From NCBI GenBank assembly GCA_050084985.1, contig JBITNC010000001.1, positions 116,560,001 to 116,624,000 of the forward strand: DNA of 64,000 nucleotides. The letters are read 5' to 3'. The notes below the pieces were generated by a model that saw only the letters and a program-made list of their open reading frames with translations, had not been told where the DNA came from and made no database searches. Both the position numbers and the translations under genes were made by a program. The DNA is from Nageia nagi. Taxonomy: Eukaryota > Plantae > Pinophyta. Positions 38,428 to 53,000 of the stretch are shown piece after piece. Within the stretch, counting starts at the first letter, position 1; every line of letters begins with the position of its first letter.

Positions 38428-40090
38428 TGAGTGAGGTTTTTTACTAAAGCTCTTTGTGCTTATATCTTAATGTTGTTTTACCTTATATATAGCATTTATT
38501 TTATAATTTAATGAATTTTGAGTTCTATATAGTAAATTCCAAGAAATAATTGTATCTTGTATTTATTATGTTTAAGAAATGCTTATTAAATGGTTGGTGT
38601 GTGTTCCTAAAACATGTTGGGTGTTTTATGTTTGCTTTTATAATTTATCAAGTGCTTTATGTGTGTGTTATCATAATAGGAGACCATGTTTATTGATTGT
38701 ATATTCATACATAATAAATTCTTTATTAAATCCCTGGTGTACCTTACTTGCAATCATGAGTTCATTTTAAGATCCCTGGGATTTTTTTGGGAGCAAACAA
38801 AATAGGCTGGAGTCAGTAGATAAAGCATTCCAGAATGAAATGATGATGTCATAGAAGAAAGGATGAAGCTCAGTTGTGGAAAAGCCTCGATTCCAGAAGA
38901 GGTGAGGTCAGCAAGAGATAATTGAAGAAGTCAGAGCCCGTAATTAAGTGTTTCGGAAGTAAAGCATTCCAGAATAAAATGATGATGTCACAGAGGATAA
39001 GACAGTCATGTTTTGGTAAAGACTGGGTTTCAGAGATGATGAGGTTAGCAAGGGGAATTGAGAAGCTGGGGTCAGTAAATAAAGCATTCCGAAAGAGATG
39101 ATGTCAACAATTTTGGGCCTTAACCCAAAACTAGAGTCTGAAAGTGATGAGGTCAGCAAGGAGCGATCAAATAGCTAGAACCAATGAGTAAAACATTTTG
39201 GAGGTAAGAGATGATGTCATAGGGAGAATGATGTTCACATTTTTGAATGAAATCAGGTCCCAGAAGTGATGAGGTCAGTGAGGACTGATCAAATAGCCAG
39301 AGCTGATGAGTAGAGCATTCTGGAATGTAGAGATGAGGTCAGTAAAGGGGGATCGAATAGCTGGAGCCAGTAAATAGAACATCACGGTAAAGATGATGCC
39401 AGCAAGAGGTCAAATCATAGTATCATCTACAATCTACCCCATTTTTGTAATATTTTGCCAAGTGGCATATGTAGGTAGTATTAGTTAAAAGAAGGCTAGA
39501 ATCTTTAAGCCATTTTTGTAAATGTTTCTATTCTATAATTCTTGTAACTATTGTTACTACAATATAAGTATATGAAAATAAAGTGGAAAAGGGGTCAGAA
39601 GCCTAGTATTGCTCTTTACATTTGTTTTCGAAGACCTGTAGTTTTTATCAGTAATATGATATCATCTTGACCTTTCTTATCTAGCACTCGTAATTGTCAT
39701 TCTTAATTTGGTTACATCATGGTAGCTTGGCTTGTTTCTTGAATGATAATTACGAGTTGCTAGTATAACTATGTCTGCTACATGGTAGAGTAAAGCTAGG
39801 AAACTATTAGAGAGTGAGAGCTTGTACTGTAGCTGCTACACTAGATTTAGGCCAAGGTTTCACACACTATGAAAGCCCACGCTGAACTAGTGATCCACCT
39901 TTACTTTCTCTCTTGTTACCCAAACCCTTTTTGCTTAAATTCCTTGTACTCTACTCCTTTTATTTCCTTTCCTGTTACTTTTTCTACACCCAATAGATAA
40001 GGAACCGGCCTTCTCCGAAGATCAGACTATCCCCATAGTCTGTTCCTAATTTACTTTGGTTAAGATTATTCACGACGCATATATTACACA
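38428..40090 (+). mobile_element. Probable solo LTR (~1.66 kb), relatively young
   Basis: TG start at 38428 and ...tacaca end at 40090. Flanks gtctt / atcct differ by two transitions. No coding capacity; retains more CG and CWG sites than its surroundings; internal motif array. Confidence 0.62.
38806..39410 (+). repeat. Degenerate tandem array with (a/g)agcatt(c/t) and TGATGTCA / TGAGGTCA modules
   Basis: Repeated gtcagtaaataaagcattcc...atgatgtca and gatgaggtcagcaag modules, about ten motif copies. Confidence 0.88.
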
Positions 40091-40430
40091 ATCCTAATCA
40101 ACATTGATATTATGCATTAGCATGATCTAGGAACTTTGTGGCTAATGTCATACATTATCATGATCTGGGAGATGCATTATCATGGTCTAGGAACCTAGTT
40201 ATTGATATCATCATGTGTAAGATATGGCACTCAATGGAAAATCCCTTACCTTGCAGTTTATTAGACTACAAGAAACTTGGTGCTTACATAATTGACTTAA
40301 AGGATTGACATTTAGTGTTAAAGGTGTTTATCAAAATGCAAGAAACTTGATTCTTACATCATTGACTTGAAGCCATGACATTATTGTTATTTCATATGAT
40401 ATTATAAGTTAAGTTATGATTGGTTGAGAC

Positions 40431-40605
40431 ATGACATCATCAAGTTAAGATTCAACATCATTAGTTAAGATGCAATATCATTAGTTAAGTTTAGATATCA
40501 TTATACAAGATATGATATCATCTAGTTACAATTTTACATCCTTTGTTAAGGTGTGGCATCATTAGTTAAGATGTGACATCATTAGTTAAGGTATGGATAC
40601 CATTA
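40431..40605 (+). repeat. ~20-bp minisatellite (consensus gacatcattagttaagatgt)
   Basis: About eight to nine degenerate copies of catcattagttaag. A 70-bp-period duplication lies upstream at 40269-40390. Confidence 0.88.
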
Positions 40606-42441
40606 ACCTTCACAATAAAACCATTATAACTTCCTATGATCTTGTCTAAGATAATTTGAGAAGGTTTGAGATTTTATGGAGTTACTGAAAGAAGTTAATT
40701 AGTTGTTAGAAATCTAGTAGTTATTCATCTTATTCATAAAATACCTAGATGATTAATTAGAAAGGGGTTGATGTTGGATGTTTATATATTATTGGTCCTT
40801 AAAGTTTGACTAGTTTAGTTAATTTGTGGAGTGTTGCAAAGATATGTAAACCTAGGAGAAGATATTGAAGACATTATTCACTCTTATATATTTGTCATTA
40901 TAATATTCCCTTACAATTAATTGATAATAAGTGTACTAAAACTAGATGTAATTCAACATTGGGAGGAACTAGTATAAATATACCTATTAGCACACCTATA
41001 AATTTACTCGATGTTTGCAAAATAATTTTACACATTTGCACCAAAAACTAAATCCTAATAGCTCTACTAATGTTGTTAATTATGTCAAATATTTTATAGG
41101 TATAATTTTGTTTCATTTTATCCTTAGAAGCCTTAAAAAGGATCAAGTTGCTCCATCACATAAGGCTCATTTCCATCGCATAAGTTTTAACTCCATCACA
41201 TAAAGATGATTTTGACTACATAAGACTTAGATTTCTTGACTACATAACATTTTCCTCCTCTATGTAAGGATTATATCATTTGCATAAAGTCATTTAGGCC
41301 CACACAAATCCTAATTTTATTACAAAAGCTATATACTCTCCACATAAGCCCTAGTTTTCCCTGCATAAGCATTATTTTCCATATAAGCCCTTTAAAAGGC
41401 CCATCAAGTATGTAATATATCTTACCAGTAGTTTACATGAATTCTAGGTACTATAATAAGGTCTTTTGATTGTTTAAAAGATTTACTAGTTGTATAATAG
41501 ATGTGTCGATCATTTATGTTATCTTTTGGTAGTCATGGTAGTGGTATTGGGTACTGGAAATAGTTTTCAAGTTTATGGCAGGTTCTCTAGTGATGCAAAT
41601 GATAGGATAAGAATGCAACAAAGTTAAGTGTCAAAAAAAGTGTACAAAGAGTATTTGAATTTGGAGAAGATTTGATAAAGTGAAGAAGTTCAAATTATGA
41701 TAGAAAAATAGAGAAATCAAATAACTTCATTTTCTTCATCATAAGTACTTTCAATGATGGTTAATCATATATCATGATGAATCAAATTCAAATTGACCAC
41801 ATAAAGTATTTCAATTAAGAGATTTGAGTTCTATCCATTTAGTTCGAAGTATGCCCAAATAATTTTATCAAATAATATTTTTTCTTATGTATTTAGTTTT
41901 TATGGGTCTATCTGATTCCAGATACATATAAATATTGCTACAACTCTAGAAAAATATTTAAACTCATTGGAGGTAAATTTAAGTGCTGACCATAGAGAAG
42001 AAGGTAATTTTAGGTACCGATAGATAGATGATCTTTCTAGTGCTAATGATCAAGAGAAAGGCCAAAATAGTGAATCAAGGTACCAAAAAGGATATCTTAA
42101 AATCAAATTAGAGTGCAAATGCAAGATAAAAATCTAGAAATGGTGTTTGGTATCATGATGAAGGTTTTGAAAAAAGTTAAGTGTTGACAAAAGTGTACAA
42201 AACTTTTAAGTCAATTTTGCACTCTGAATATGGCTAACATCATTCATGCTACTTTAGATTGAGAAAGAAAGAAATTTTACTAAGTTTCAATGAATAATAA
42301 AGGGAATCCACATTTTGGATGTTAAAGGTGACATAAACATCCTTTACACTGTAAAAGATAGTTCAAAATGCATTCTCTAACTCAAAGAAAAGAATGTCCA
42401 CACTTTGGAGAGTGTTGATATCATCAAGCTCATATGCATCT

Positions 42442-45400
42442 TGGAAAACTTAAGAATAACATAAATAACTATAAGAATATGGAGCTAATCAAATTGGCCT
42501 TAGCCTTTTCCTTTATTATATTATAAATTATAGTATACATTTAGCAAATTTTTAGTACAATATTCAATTGAGCTCTATATATCTCAAACACAATAAAACT
42601 ACAAAGAGATTCTAAGAAAAACACAAAAAATGGCTTAAGTACACAACACCAAACTAAACAAAGTAAGCCCTAACCCTATCCCATATCATCCATTTGATAT
42701 ACATCAATAGTAGTTATTACATACACTAAACTAAGAATAAAATAACTAAAAATAGCCTAGGAAATATGTCTCTATATTTTGGTCATAACTTTTGACTCGA
42801 GTGTTTGTTTGAGCCCATTCTTTTTCTAGATTTCATATATTTTGAAGCTCTATGATTTTTCTATATCTTACTTAAGTAATAATTTATCAAAGAATAAAAG
42901 CATCATATTATAGCCTAAAATTTCATTTTAATGCTAGTCCTTATTTCCAACATTCTCCTCCTTGCTAGTAAGGGGACTCACAATCAGATCTCTTAGCAGA
43001 AAATATTGATTCTTTGCTACTCCGTTGGTGAATATGTATACTAGTTGATGTTTTGTGGAGTAATAACTCAATTTCACTTATTACTTCTTCACCATGTCCC
43101 AAATAAAGTGATACTTGATATCAAAATGCTTAGACCTAGAATGATGGATAGGATTATGTGCCAACTTGATGACTCTCTAGTGTCACAAAATAAAGTAGTA
43201 GAATTCCTTTGCTTCTCTCCAATCTCTGCTAATACTTTCCTAAGCCACAAATCCTATGCACTTGCTGATGTTAGTGCAATTTATTCAACTCTTGTAGAAG
43301 ATAATGCAACTATGGCCTACTTCTTGGAACTCCATGTAATCAATTGTTATCCTAAGGAGATGCATTTTCCCCTTATGGATTTATTTTCATATATGTTAAT
43401 TCCCTAATAACTATCACTAAAACACACTAGCTTCAAATACTTTGTCTAAGTATATAGGATTCCATAATCAAAGGTGCCTCTCACATATCATAGTATCCTC
43501 TTTACCGCATTTAGGTGCAATGTGATGAATCTGCCATGTACCTAGAACATTGACAAATAATAAAATAAATATTTACCCTAATGTTACATAAAAACATGAA
43601 GCTACCCACTATACTTTTGTACTCCATTTTATTTGCTTTCTCTACTCTATCATATAAACTCAAAACTTCTCCACATGCTATTAGAGTTTCTACATGTTTT
43701 ATCTCATTCAACCTACACCTTTTCAACATGTATCTAACATACTTTGATTGACACATAAATATTTCACTATTAGACTAATGTAACTCCATTCCTAGGAAAT
43801 AACTCATCAAGCCTAAGTCACTAGTATCAAATTCTTTCTTCATATCCTCCTTAAATGTATGAATCAAATTTGAATTACTTACCATATAGTGCATAGCATC
43901 AACATAAAGATAAACAATCAAAATATTATTACCTTGCCTCTTATAACATAGAGTAGGTTCACTTTTGCTCCACTCAAAACCACATTTTAAGAAGTAATCA
44001 TGTATTCTAGAATACCAATATCTTGCAGCTTGCTTAGCCCATATAGAGCTTTTCTTAACTTGTAGACTTTATCTTCTTTTCTTGGTACAATAAATCCCTA
44101 TGGTTGTTCCATATAAACATCCTCATCCAAATTACCATTTAAAAAGGCATTTTTAACATCCATATGATGGAATTTCCACTTCTTGTATGATACTAATGAT
44201 AGCAACATTTAACCTATCTCCTACCTTACCACTGGAGCAAAGGTCTTCTCATAGTCCAACCCATATTTTAGAGAGAATCCTATCACAACCAATTGTACCT
44301 TATAACTCTTAATTGATTCATCACTATTTTTGTTTATTTTATAGATCCATTTATAGCCTATAACCTTATTATCCTTGGGTAAATCCACCAACTCCTAAGT
44401 ATTATTCTACTCAATTCTATCCATCTCTTCTTGCATTTCCTTCAACCACACTTTATTAGTATAATTGAAAACATCACCTTTTACCTCACCACTATCATCA
44501 TCTCTATACAAGTGCAACTTCTCTAAGCTCTCAATCATAGATTTCAACTCTATAATTACACTTCTAGTTAACCTCTTATTGGAGTTTTTATCAAGAATTA
44601 GATCCTTAAGGTTGTCCTTCAACAACCTTTTCTCTTTATATTTTACTAGCAGTAATGATAGAGACTCAAGAGTATTGCTTTTTGGAATTGCATAAGAGAT
44701 TGAAGAGAATGTACTTTCCCTTTGTACTTGGCTGGGATGTAATGAAATACTTCTTTTTTCTACCTTCTCCTTACCAAAAACATCACCAAAAATATCATCT
44801 ATGAGCAATTTTTGAGAACTAGATCTCCAATTCCCCCCTTCATCAAAAATTGCATCTCTAGATGTAATAATTATATGAGTAATAGGATTATAAAATTTGT
44901 AAGCTTTAGAAAGCTCATTATAGCCAATAAACACACACTTCTCAAACTTTGCACTAATTTTCTTTTATTCTCATCATTTATGTGGACAAAAACCAAGCAC
45001 CCAAATATCTTAAAATTATTGACATTAGGATTTTTTTTATACCAACACTCATAAGGAGTTACATTATCTAAACTTCTAGAAGGAGATCTATTTAAAATAT
45101 ACTTTATTGTATGAGTAGTTCAATCTTAATAAAACTTTTCCATACCTTTCTTCTACATCATACATAGATTCATCTCCATCAATGTTATATTTTTCCTCTC
45201 AGCTACTCCATTCTACTATGTAGTGTAGGGACTCGTCAATTGCCTCTTTATCCCATATTCACTAAAAAAATTGTAAAATTCATTTGAACAATATTCACAA
45301 CCCCTATCAATACTCAAGCATTTAATATATGCTTCACACTCATTCTCCACTAGGGTCTTAAAACTTTTAAATAAAAAAGATCGAACAATATTTGGTGTAA

Positions 45401-47710
45401 TCATCTATGAAGATAATAAAGTATGAGGCTTGACTTATACTTTGCATCTGCATTAGACACAAATATCACTATGTACTAGTTGTAATGGATATTTTGCCCT
45501 CCATGCTTCACTATGTGGGAACTTTTCCCTAGTATGTTTTCCTAATGCACAACCCTTATATATCCTCCTTGGATACTTCCACTTTCAGTAAACCATAAGC
45601 AAGCAATGAAATTATACTCAAATTATTATAATTCAGGTGGCCAAACATTAAATTCCGTAACATCTCCTTACATTCTATTTCAAAAAATGCCATCTCTCCC
45701 CCTTGATCAACAAATTGCAAAGGAAAGAGTCAATTCTTCGACATCTTAATAGTGGTTAACAACTTCCTACTTTTTATAAAAAATCTTGCACATATTATCT
45801 TTAAAAATAAGCTTATAATCCTTCTCTAACATCTAACCTATGCTTAGTAAAGAATGTTTTAGATGGGATGCATAATAAATATCTTTTACTTTCATCTTTT
45901 CTTTCTTAGTAGGAACCTCCATCTCACCTTTTACTACAACCTTCAAACTCTTCTCATATCCTAGCCTGATATTGGATTGGTGAGAAGAATAAGTGCAAAG
46001 AAAACATCTTTTCTCCTATTCATATGGTTTGTACACCTACTATACAAGATCCACTCTATTGAATAATTTTTTGTAGAGAGAAGAGCTTGATCTACTAGAG
46101 GTTCTTCAATCATACAAAATAGGGTATCTTCCCCATACCCATAATCCTCCTCACTATAATGAGTTAACTTCTTTAGTTTGTAATCTCTTTCATAATGTCC
46201 ATATTTGTTATAGTGAAAACACTATACATTTCTCATATCACAACCTCTTCTTCCTCTTCCACATACATTGGATCCTCCTCTTACTGCATGAGCTTATTCA
46301 GAATCTTCATCATGAGATTGATATCTTTTTGGATCTCTACCTCCTCTTTGACCTCCTCTACCATTGTGACCCCTACCTTTAGAACCATGACCACCATGAC
46401 CTTGTTTAGATCCATCATCTCCTTTTGTAGAAAATGCTTCTTCCTTTGTAGGAACACTTTCTTTGACTCTATATTGATTTCTCTTGAAAACCCTATCCTC
46501 ATGGGATGTAAGAGTACTAATGAGTGAATCCAAGTCCACGTTTGACAAATATTTGGTCTCCTCTAAGATCAAGGTTGTACTATTAAATTTTTCTATAAGG
46601 GTTTGAAGAACCTTCTTGATAATCACATCTTGCTCAATATTTTCTCCTAATGTGGTCATTTTGTTAACCACATATTTCATATGGTAGTAATCTCCTACTA
46701 TTTCATTATCCTCTTGTTTAAGTTCTCAAAATCTTCAATGCAGGGTATGCAAGTTCATCTCCTTAACTTGTGCACTCCATTGGTAGTTTTCTTTCAGTAC
46801 CTTTTAAGCTTCTTAAGCCAAAGCATATGAAAAAATTTGGGAAAAGAGGCTCTTATATTGAGATGACTTAATTAGGGGTAAGGCTAAGTTATTTTTCATA
46901 TCTTTATCTTCCATATCCTTCTTATGATCCATGGATAATGCATTCCATTCCTTTGGTTCAATGTATCTATCTTCTATAATTTTATATAAACCTCTACATT
47001 TTAAAATTATTCTCATTCTAATGCTCCAATACTCATAGTTAGATCCATCGAATTCAAGGATTGGAATGAAATTGTTGTTTCTGGCCATTATACACTTCTA
47101 TAATAGGAAATATGATCCCTAGAAAAACTTTGATAAAGCTTAATGGTAACAAATCCCACAATTGCTCAAACCCAACTCTTGATCACCCTTTCTTTGATAC
47201 CAAATGAATAATTAAAACAACATAAATAACTACAAGGATATGGAGAAAATCAAATTGGCCTTTCCCTTGACCTTTTTTTATTCTAAATTCTAGCATAAAA
47301 TCAATAGAGTTTTAGTATAATATTTAATTAGCTCAATAGAGTTCACACACAACAAAACTACAAAGAGATTTTGAATAAAACCTAAAAAATAGCCCAAGTT
47401 CACAACACCAAACTAAAAAAAGCAAGCCTTAACCCTAGCTCATCTCATTCATTGGATATACATAAAGATAGTTGTTAAATCCACTAAACTAAGAAGAAAA
47501 ATACTAAAAATAGCTTGGGAAATATATCTCCATATTTTGGCCATAACATTTGACTTGGGTCTCTATTTGAGCTCATTATTTTTCCAAATTCCATAAATTT
47601 TGATGCTTTATGATTTTCTTACATATAACTTAAGTTATACATTATCAAAGGCTAAAAACATGATCTTATAGGTTGAAATTTCATTTTTATGTTAGGATAT
47701 ATTTCCAATA
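42442..47710 (-). mobile_element. Full-length degenerate Ty1/Copia element
   Basis: LTRs 47205-47710 and ~42442-42952. PBS tggtatcaaaga (47191-47202, tRNA-iMet type); PPT at ~42953-42963. gag 'FDGSNYEYWSIRM', PR 'WILYSRCTNHM', INT, RT and RH in Copia order. Candidate TSD gaaac/aaaac; left boundary uncertain by ~8 bp. Confidence 0.94.
42990..47088 (-). pseudogene. pol: Copia gag-pol remnant
   Basis: ORFs 46813..47088 and 46294..46680 (gag), 45216..45404 and 44407..44934 (INT), 43511..43756 (RT), plus the RNase H motif 'KQAIVALSSTRVE*IA'. Confidence 0.92.
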
Positions 47711-49669
47711 GAAACACAATAATACAAAGAAAATTTGCACATCAAAGAGCATTGATGTCACAAGGTTTCTTCATATTATAGAAGTATAAGGATTACAAAG
47801 GAATATATATTATGGAAAAATATGATGTCAAGCTATCAGATCTGCATCTTGGGTTCAACCAAAAGAATACTTTACAATGTGAACTTCTCTAGAAGATAAA
47901 CATCCATTACCTCTCTAGTCTTACCTCATGTATTTCCATATTTCAAAATTACTACTATCAAATCAAGACTTTGATCTCTAAATTATATCAAAGTTAATGT
48001 AAATAAGAACCCCAAAAGGTTTTTTATGTGTTTTAAAATATTCTCTCCATACTTCGAAAGGTGTTGATCTCATCCTATCATTCTACAATGCAAATTCTTT
48101 AGAAGACACTATAGATTGATCCTTTTAGTCCTATTTTAATGTAGATTGCCTCAAGGAGAATGCAGATTTAGTCAAGATTCAAAGATCAATTTTGTAGAGC
48201 TTCCATGATCATAAAATACCCTTGTTTGATAAGATTAAAATTAAAATATGAGAAGATAAGGTTATCATCTAACCAACATAGTGAGACTTGATATGCAAAA
48301 TTAGATTGCTATGTTGAGACTAAGGTAATAACTTATATAGATGCATTTCTAAGAAGAGTCTAATCAAGGAAAAGGGACAAACACATTTAATCCATATTGT
48401 AATAACTATAAGGGAAATCAAATCCATGAGTTTTCCAACTATAGTTACATGATTTTATCATGAGCAAACCCTTATCTAATCTAATATCAATTTGCATCCT
48501 AAAGATAGGGTAAATCAAAATCATCCTTTGGGGATGAATGCAATTTTGGAAGAAGAGTGAGAAAACATAGGTATCCTTAATCATTTGTTTTCATTTTCAT
48601 AGGATTACATCATTTTCTATGAGGAAAGTGTTGGAGTAAGGAATAAATCCTTTAAAATGAATAAATTGGTTAGTGGGAATAGCACATGGGTTCATGATAC
48701 CAAGATGGAAATATTTGATTAGCAAAAATAACTTCCAAACTAGAATTTTCTCAATTTGATAGTTAAGATGATGAAAGAGATACCTTAATCATGTCAAAGG
48801 AGTGATGGCAAGGATTTCTTTTGAAATAGAATCAATTAGTTCATAGTTTGTTACAAATTCTTCATGCTTCTACAAATACCAAAGGAGAATGATGGAGAAA
48901 GGGTATTTCTCCAATTTTGTAACTTAGTTAGCAAATGTAATCATCAAGCTATAGAATATTTAAATTATAGTTACTTCTATAGGCTTAGTATAGAGTAGCT
49001 ATTATAGGATAGTATTTTATTTTTTTGTTACAAGTATTGTAGCAAAAATAGATATCATTTGAGTTATTATAATTCTATTTTTGTTGTACAAGCAAGTATT
49101 GCTACACTTTATGGAAAAAGTTTTATATTAATGAAAATGATGATACTCTTATTGGTTTAATTCCTATGTCATATGTGAATGCTTTATATTCTAGTTACCA
49201 AATATTACATCATTTGTATGTTTTATGGTTGTTCCTCTTAGCATTTAATAGTTTATCTATTATATTATTTAAATGGATAAATGTATGAATGTTATATCCT
49301 TTCATATCCAGTATTCTTTTTATTATGTATGACTTTGTACCCAATATCTAGATAAGAATATTGGTTTAGTTGTTATTTTAAGGTCATTTTTCTTGAAGAT
49401 AAGTCCATTTTTATTTTAAACAAATAAGTATAATAGGAATACTAGCGAGATAATTCAAGAGAAATGATAAAATCATAAGTGAAATCATTAAAGGGTTACA
49501 TTCATGGACATTAAGGGTACATATATTCCATGGGATATGAAATTTTATCCCAATAAGGAGATCATAGCCAGGTTTTCTCATATATTTATTAATATCAAGG
49601 GTATTTCATTCTTAGTGACACTAGTTTGATGAAAATCAAAGAGGTGTTAAATGTTTTCACAACAACTTT

Positions 49670-49682
49670 TGGCACTATTGTC
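49670..49682 (+). promoter_or_regulatory. Primer-binding site (decayed TGGCGCCGTTGCC type)
   Basis: tggcactattgtc lies five bases after the LTR end; all differences from TGGCGCCGTTGCC are C>T or G>A transitions. Confidence 0.75.
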
Positions 49683-50028
49683 AAAGAAGACTCATTTTCT
49701 TATCAAAGTTATCTTTTTAGAACTATATAAGAACCCAAAAAATTTGTATCAAGAATGGCACTAGTGACTTTGCATATTAGTTATGGAGTAAGTGATCAAA
49801 GTGGCTAATACTAGGAGCTAGGACTTCCCTTTATTCTCAAAAGTATCCAATCTTGAAGAACTATTAAGAACAAAGGTATGCACTAAGAAACCTATTGATT
49901 TAAATCTAAACAATACTTTAAAAGAAGCTACTTACTCTTCCACTCCTATAAGTTATAGCCTTCCAATTCAACCACCTGTTATACCAAGTCTATCTATCTC
50001 CCAACTAAAGCTTAATCAAAACCTTATA

Positions 50029-53000
50029 ATGGATAATAGATGGAGGACTAGTAGATATAAAGCTTTTGACTTCACTCAATGGAATCCACCAAATGAGCTC
50101 CTTGATGAAATGGAAAAGCACTTACCTATCTTTGAGGGAAATAATGTAGTGACTAGAGAGGAACATATTAAACTATTTATTCAATATCTAGACATACTTA
50201 ATATTGAGCATGAAGGTATAGTACTTAAACTCTTTTATCATAGTTTGAGTAAAGATGCTAGGGACTAGATTGAAGCTTTACCTATTAGTTCAGTAGCTTC
50301 CTATGATAGGATGGAGGAATTATTCTTAGCCAAGTATGGGGAAAAGAAGAATGAGAAGTTAATCATGACAAAGTTAGAAAATATTAAGAAGAAGAAAAAT
50401 GAATCAATCGATGAGTTTAATCAAATATTTTTCAAGCTTATAAATAAGCTTACCATATATGCTAGGCCTAATAATGTGTAGTCCATTATGTATTACAAGT
50501 AAGTTTTTCTTAGTGATATTAGATATGAGTTAAGAAATTGGAGAGCCCAAGATTTGTAAGAATGCATGAAACCAACATTAGAGATTAAGAAGAAAATGAT
50601 AGGAGATGGAAAATTAAAGCCATATTCCTTAGAGCCTATGGTAGAGAGAAAAACCAAGAGCACTGAAATTACTCCTACTACTTCAAAAGAGCCTAAACCC
50701 TCTACTACTATGTATAAATAGGTGTTAGACATACTCTTCAGCATGAACAATAGAATGTATTGAATAAAAAGAGATAAGTCTCAACCATATCAAAAGCCAT
50801 ACTATACACAAAATTTTCCCAACAAGCTTGAAGCCTCTTTGAGTAAAAATGATGGTAAGGTTCCCTTTAAAAAGTTTATCAATACACTATGGGAAGATAA
50901 TATGAAGTATAAGGACACATAAAAAGATATGAATACTATTCCCAATACTTTACCTAATGTAAGCATGATCCAAATAGCTTCTTACTACTATCTTGTTTAT
51001 GAAATGCCTCATAATTCTAGGTAATATGGTATCCATTTGAACCAAATGTTAGAGTAAGAGTAAGAAGTTGCAGAAGAGGAGCCTAAAGTAAACTGCATTT
51101 AGATTATTCATGATGAGAATAGTGACATGATTTTTCAAGAGGATATGGATATTGCTTAAAATTTTCTCATTCAAAATAATATAGGTACCAATCCATCTAT
51201 CGTAAAAATGAAACAAGATTTTCAATCAATGTTACTCATTAAGAACAAGAAGGTATTCATTGAACTGGAAGTTGATATAAATGTCTCCAAACTCAAAAAT
51301 ATGGAGATTTAGGATAGGCTAGTAAAAGAGCATGCTAAGAAATAATCATACAATCATGACATCACTGATAAAGAGGCCAATATCCCCAAGCCCATTGCTC
51401 AATCTTCTTTAGTACAAAAGGCAAACCCCCATCTATCTCTCAGGCCAAACCATTGCAAATAGATGAAAATATTGAAGAAAGGAATATAGAGAGACTAAGA
51501 GGACTGTGTGTGATCTTGTAAGTGAGATTATGGAGATCAAAGTCTCACTTCCCAGTGATGAGCTTATGATAATTCCAAAGTATAGGAACTAGCTTTGTAA
51601 ATAGTTTAAGTTTTTAGATGAAATTGTCTCATAATGTATTTGGAATCATGCCAAGATTATTAGTGATATTGAACCTAGTAGGATTAAACTATCTTATCTC
51701 ACTCTCAGGTATGATGATAATGGTTATTATTATTGCATCCTTACTAGATTTTGGAGCTACCATCAATGTCATGCTAAAAAGGTAGCTAATGTACTTGGGT
51801 TAACTTGCACTAGTGATTTCCCACCAATTTTTTTTCATGGAAAGTAGAGATGTGTAAACTCTTGGAGTGGTTAAGGATATTTTTGTCTATTTATATAAAT
51901 TCAATTTGAAGAGAATGCTTATGGACCTAGTTATTATAGATGTTGAACGTTCCTTTTCTATCCTACTATCAAGATATTTTGGTAGCACCTTAGGCAAAAT
52001 CATATAATTATAATAGTATTTTTCCAGTATACCTATGCCTAATGGAATCACAAAGAGATTATATAAAGAATAATATAATAGAGTTGTAGTCAGATTCCAA
52101 CCATAGGAAGGTATTCCAAATAAATTGTATAACTAAAGCCTCAATCCTAGTTTATAACCATGGACAGGGCATTCATACCTTATGGCATTCTCCTAAGATA
52201 TGAGATGAAGATTGGATCACATTGCAAGATCAAATTCCTTAGTACATTCCTATTAAGATCATAGTCCAAGCTGACCATAATACTAAAGATTTATTGCAAA
52301 ATACATTATGGATTTTATATTTTGATGGAGCAAAATCTTAGTATGATTAGGTTATTGGTGTTCTATTGGAAGATGTTAGGAGCTCATATCTTGATATTCC
52401 ATATAAGTTAGAATTTCATTCCATAAATAACATTGTAAAGTATGAAGCTTTGCTTCTTGGTATGAGGAAAGGAAAAAGAATTGCAGATACAACATTTGCA
52501 AGTATTTAATGATGCTAAGATAATCATTAAACATGTTAGAGGTATGTATAAGGCCAAACATTTAAGATTAAATTAGTACAAAAAGGTTGTTCATGATGAG
52601 ATTGATAATTTCTTGTCATTTGATATTTGTTTTATGCATAAAGAGATGAATCAAAGATTGGACTTATTAGCAATAGTCATTTCTAGTGAAGAACACCCAA
52701 ACATTAATGAAACATTTATGAATGATCATAAGATAATCTTTGTCTATAATCCTTATGTGACTAAAAATATTATATATTTGCAATTTTTCAAAGATAGTAT
52801 TCAAATCAAGGATTTTAAGTAAGTGCAAGTTCAATTCAAAAACCTTATTTATGATGAGGAGAGTAAAGAAATGTTGGCTGGTCAAATTGGTGTTCCTAAG
52901 GAAGTGTTACAACTTAAAACCAACTCTATCCCTAGCGTCTTGGTGAGTTTAGATTCCCTTTATGATGATTTTTAGAGTGCCTATCCCCATGTTGTGCAAC

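Larger units (their letters stand above)
40985..49664 (+). repeat. 5' LTR, split by the Copia insertion at ~42442-47710
   Basis: Collinear with 53856-57369 on both sides of the Copia; ends ...ttttcacaaca. Confidence 0.9.

Noticed and set aside
40431-40605. 20-bp array as CRISPR or iterons
   Set aside because: Head-to-tail minisatellite without spacers in LTR-like DNA.
46195-46527. 110-aa Ser/Thr-rich + strand ORF (also 43045..43407)
   Set aside because: Antisense to Copia gag and RNase H respectively.
47191-47202. tRNA-like sequence (also at 9469, 49670, 57557, 62399)
   Set aside because: These are primer-binding sites complementary to tRNA 3' ends, not tRNA genes.
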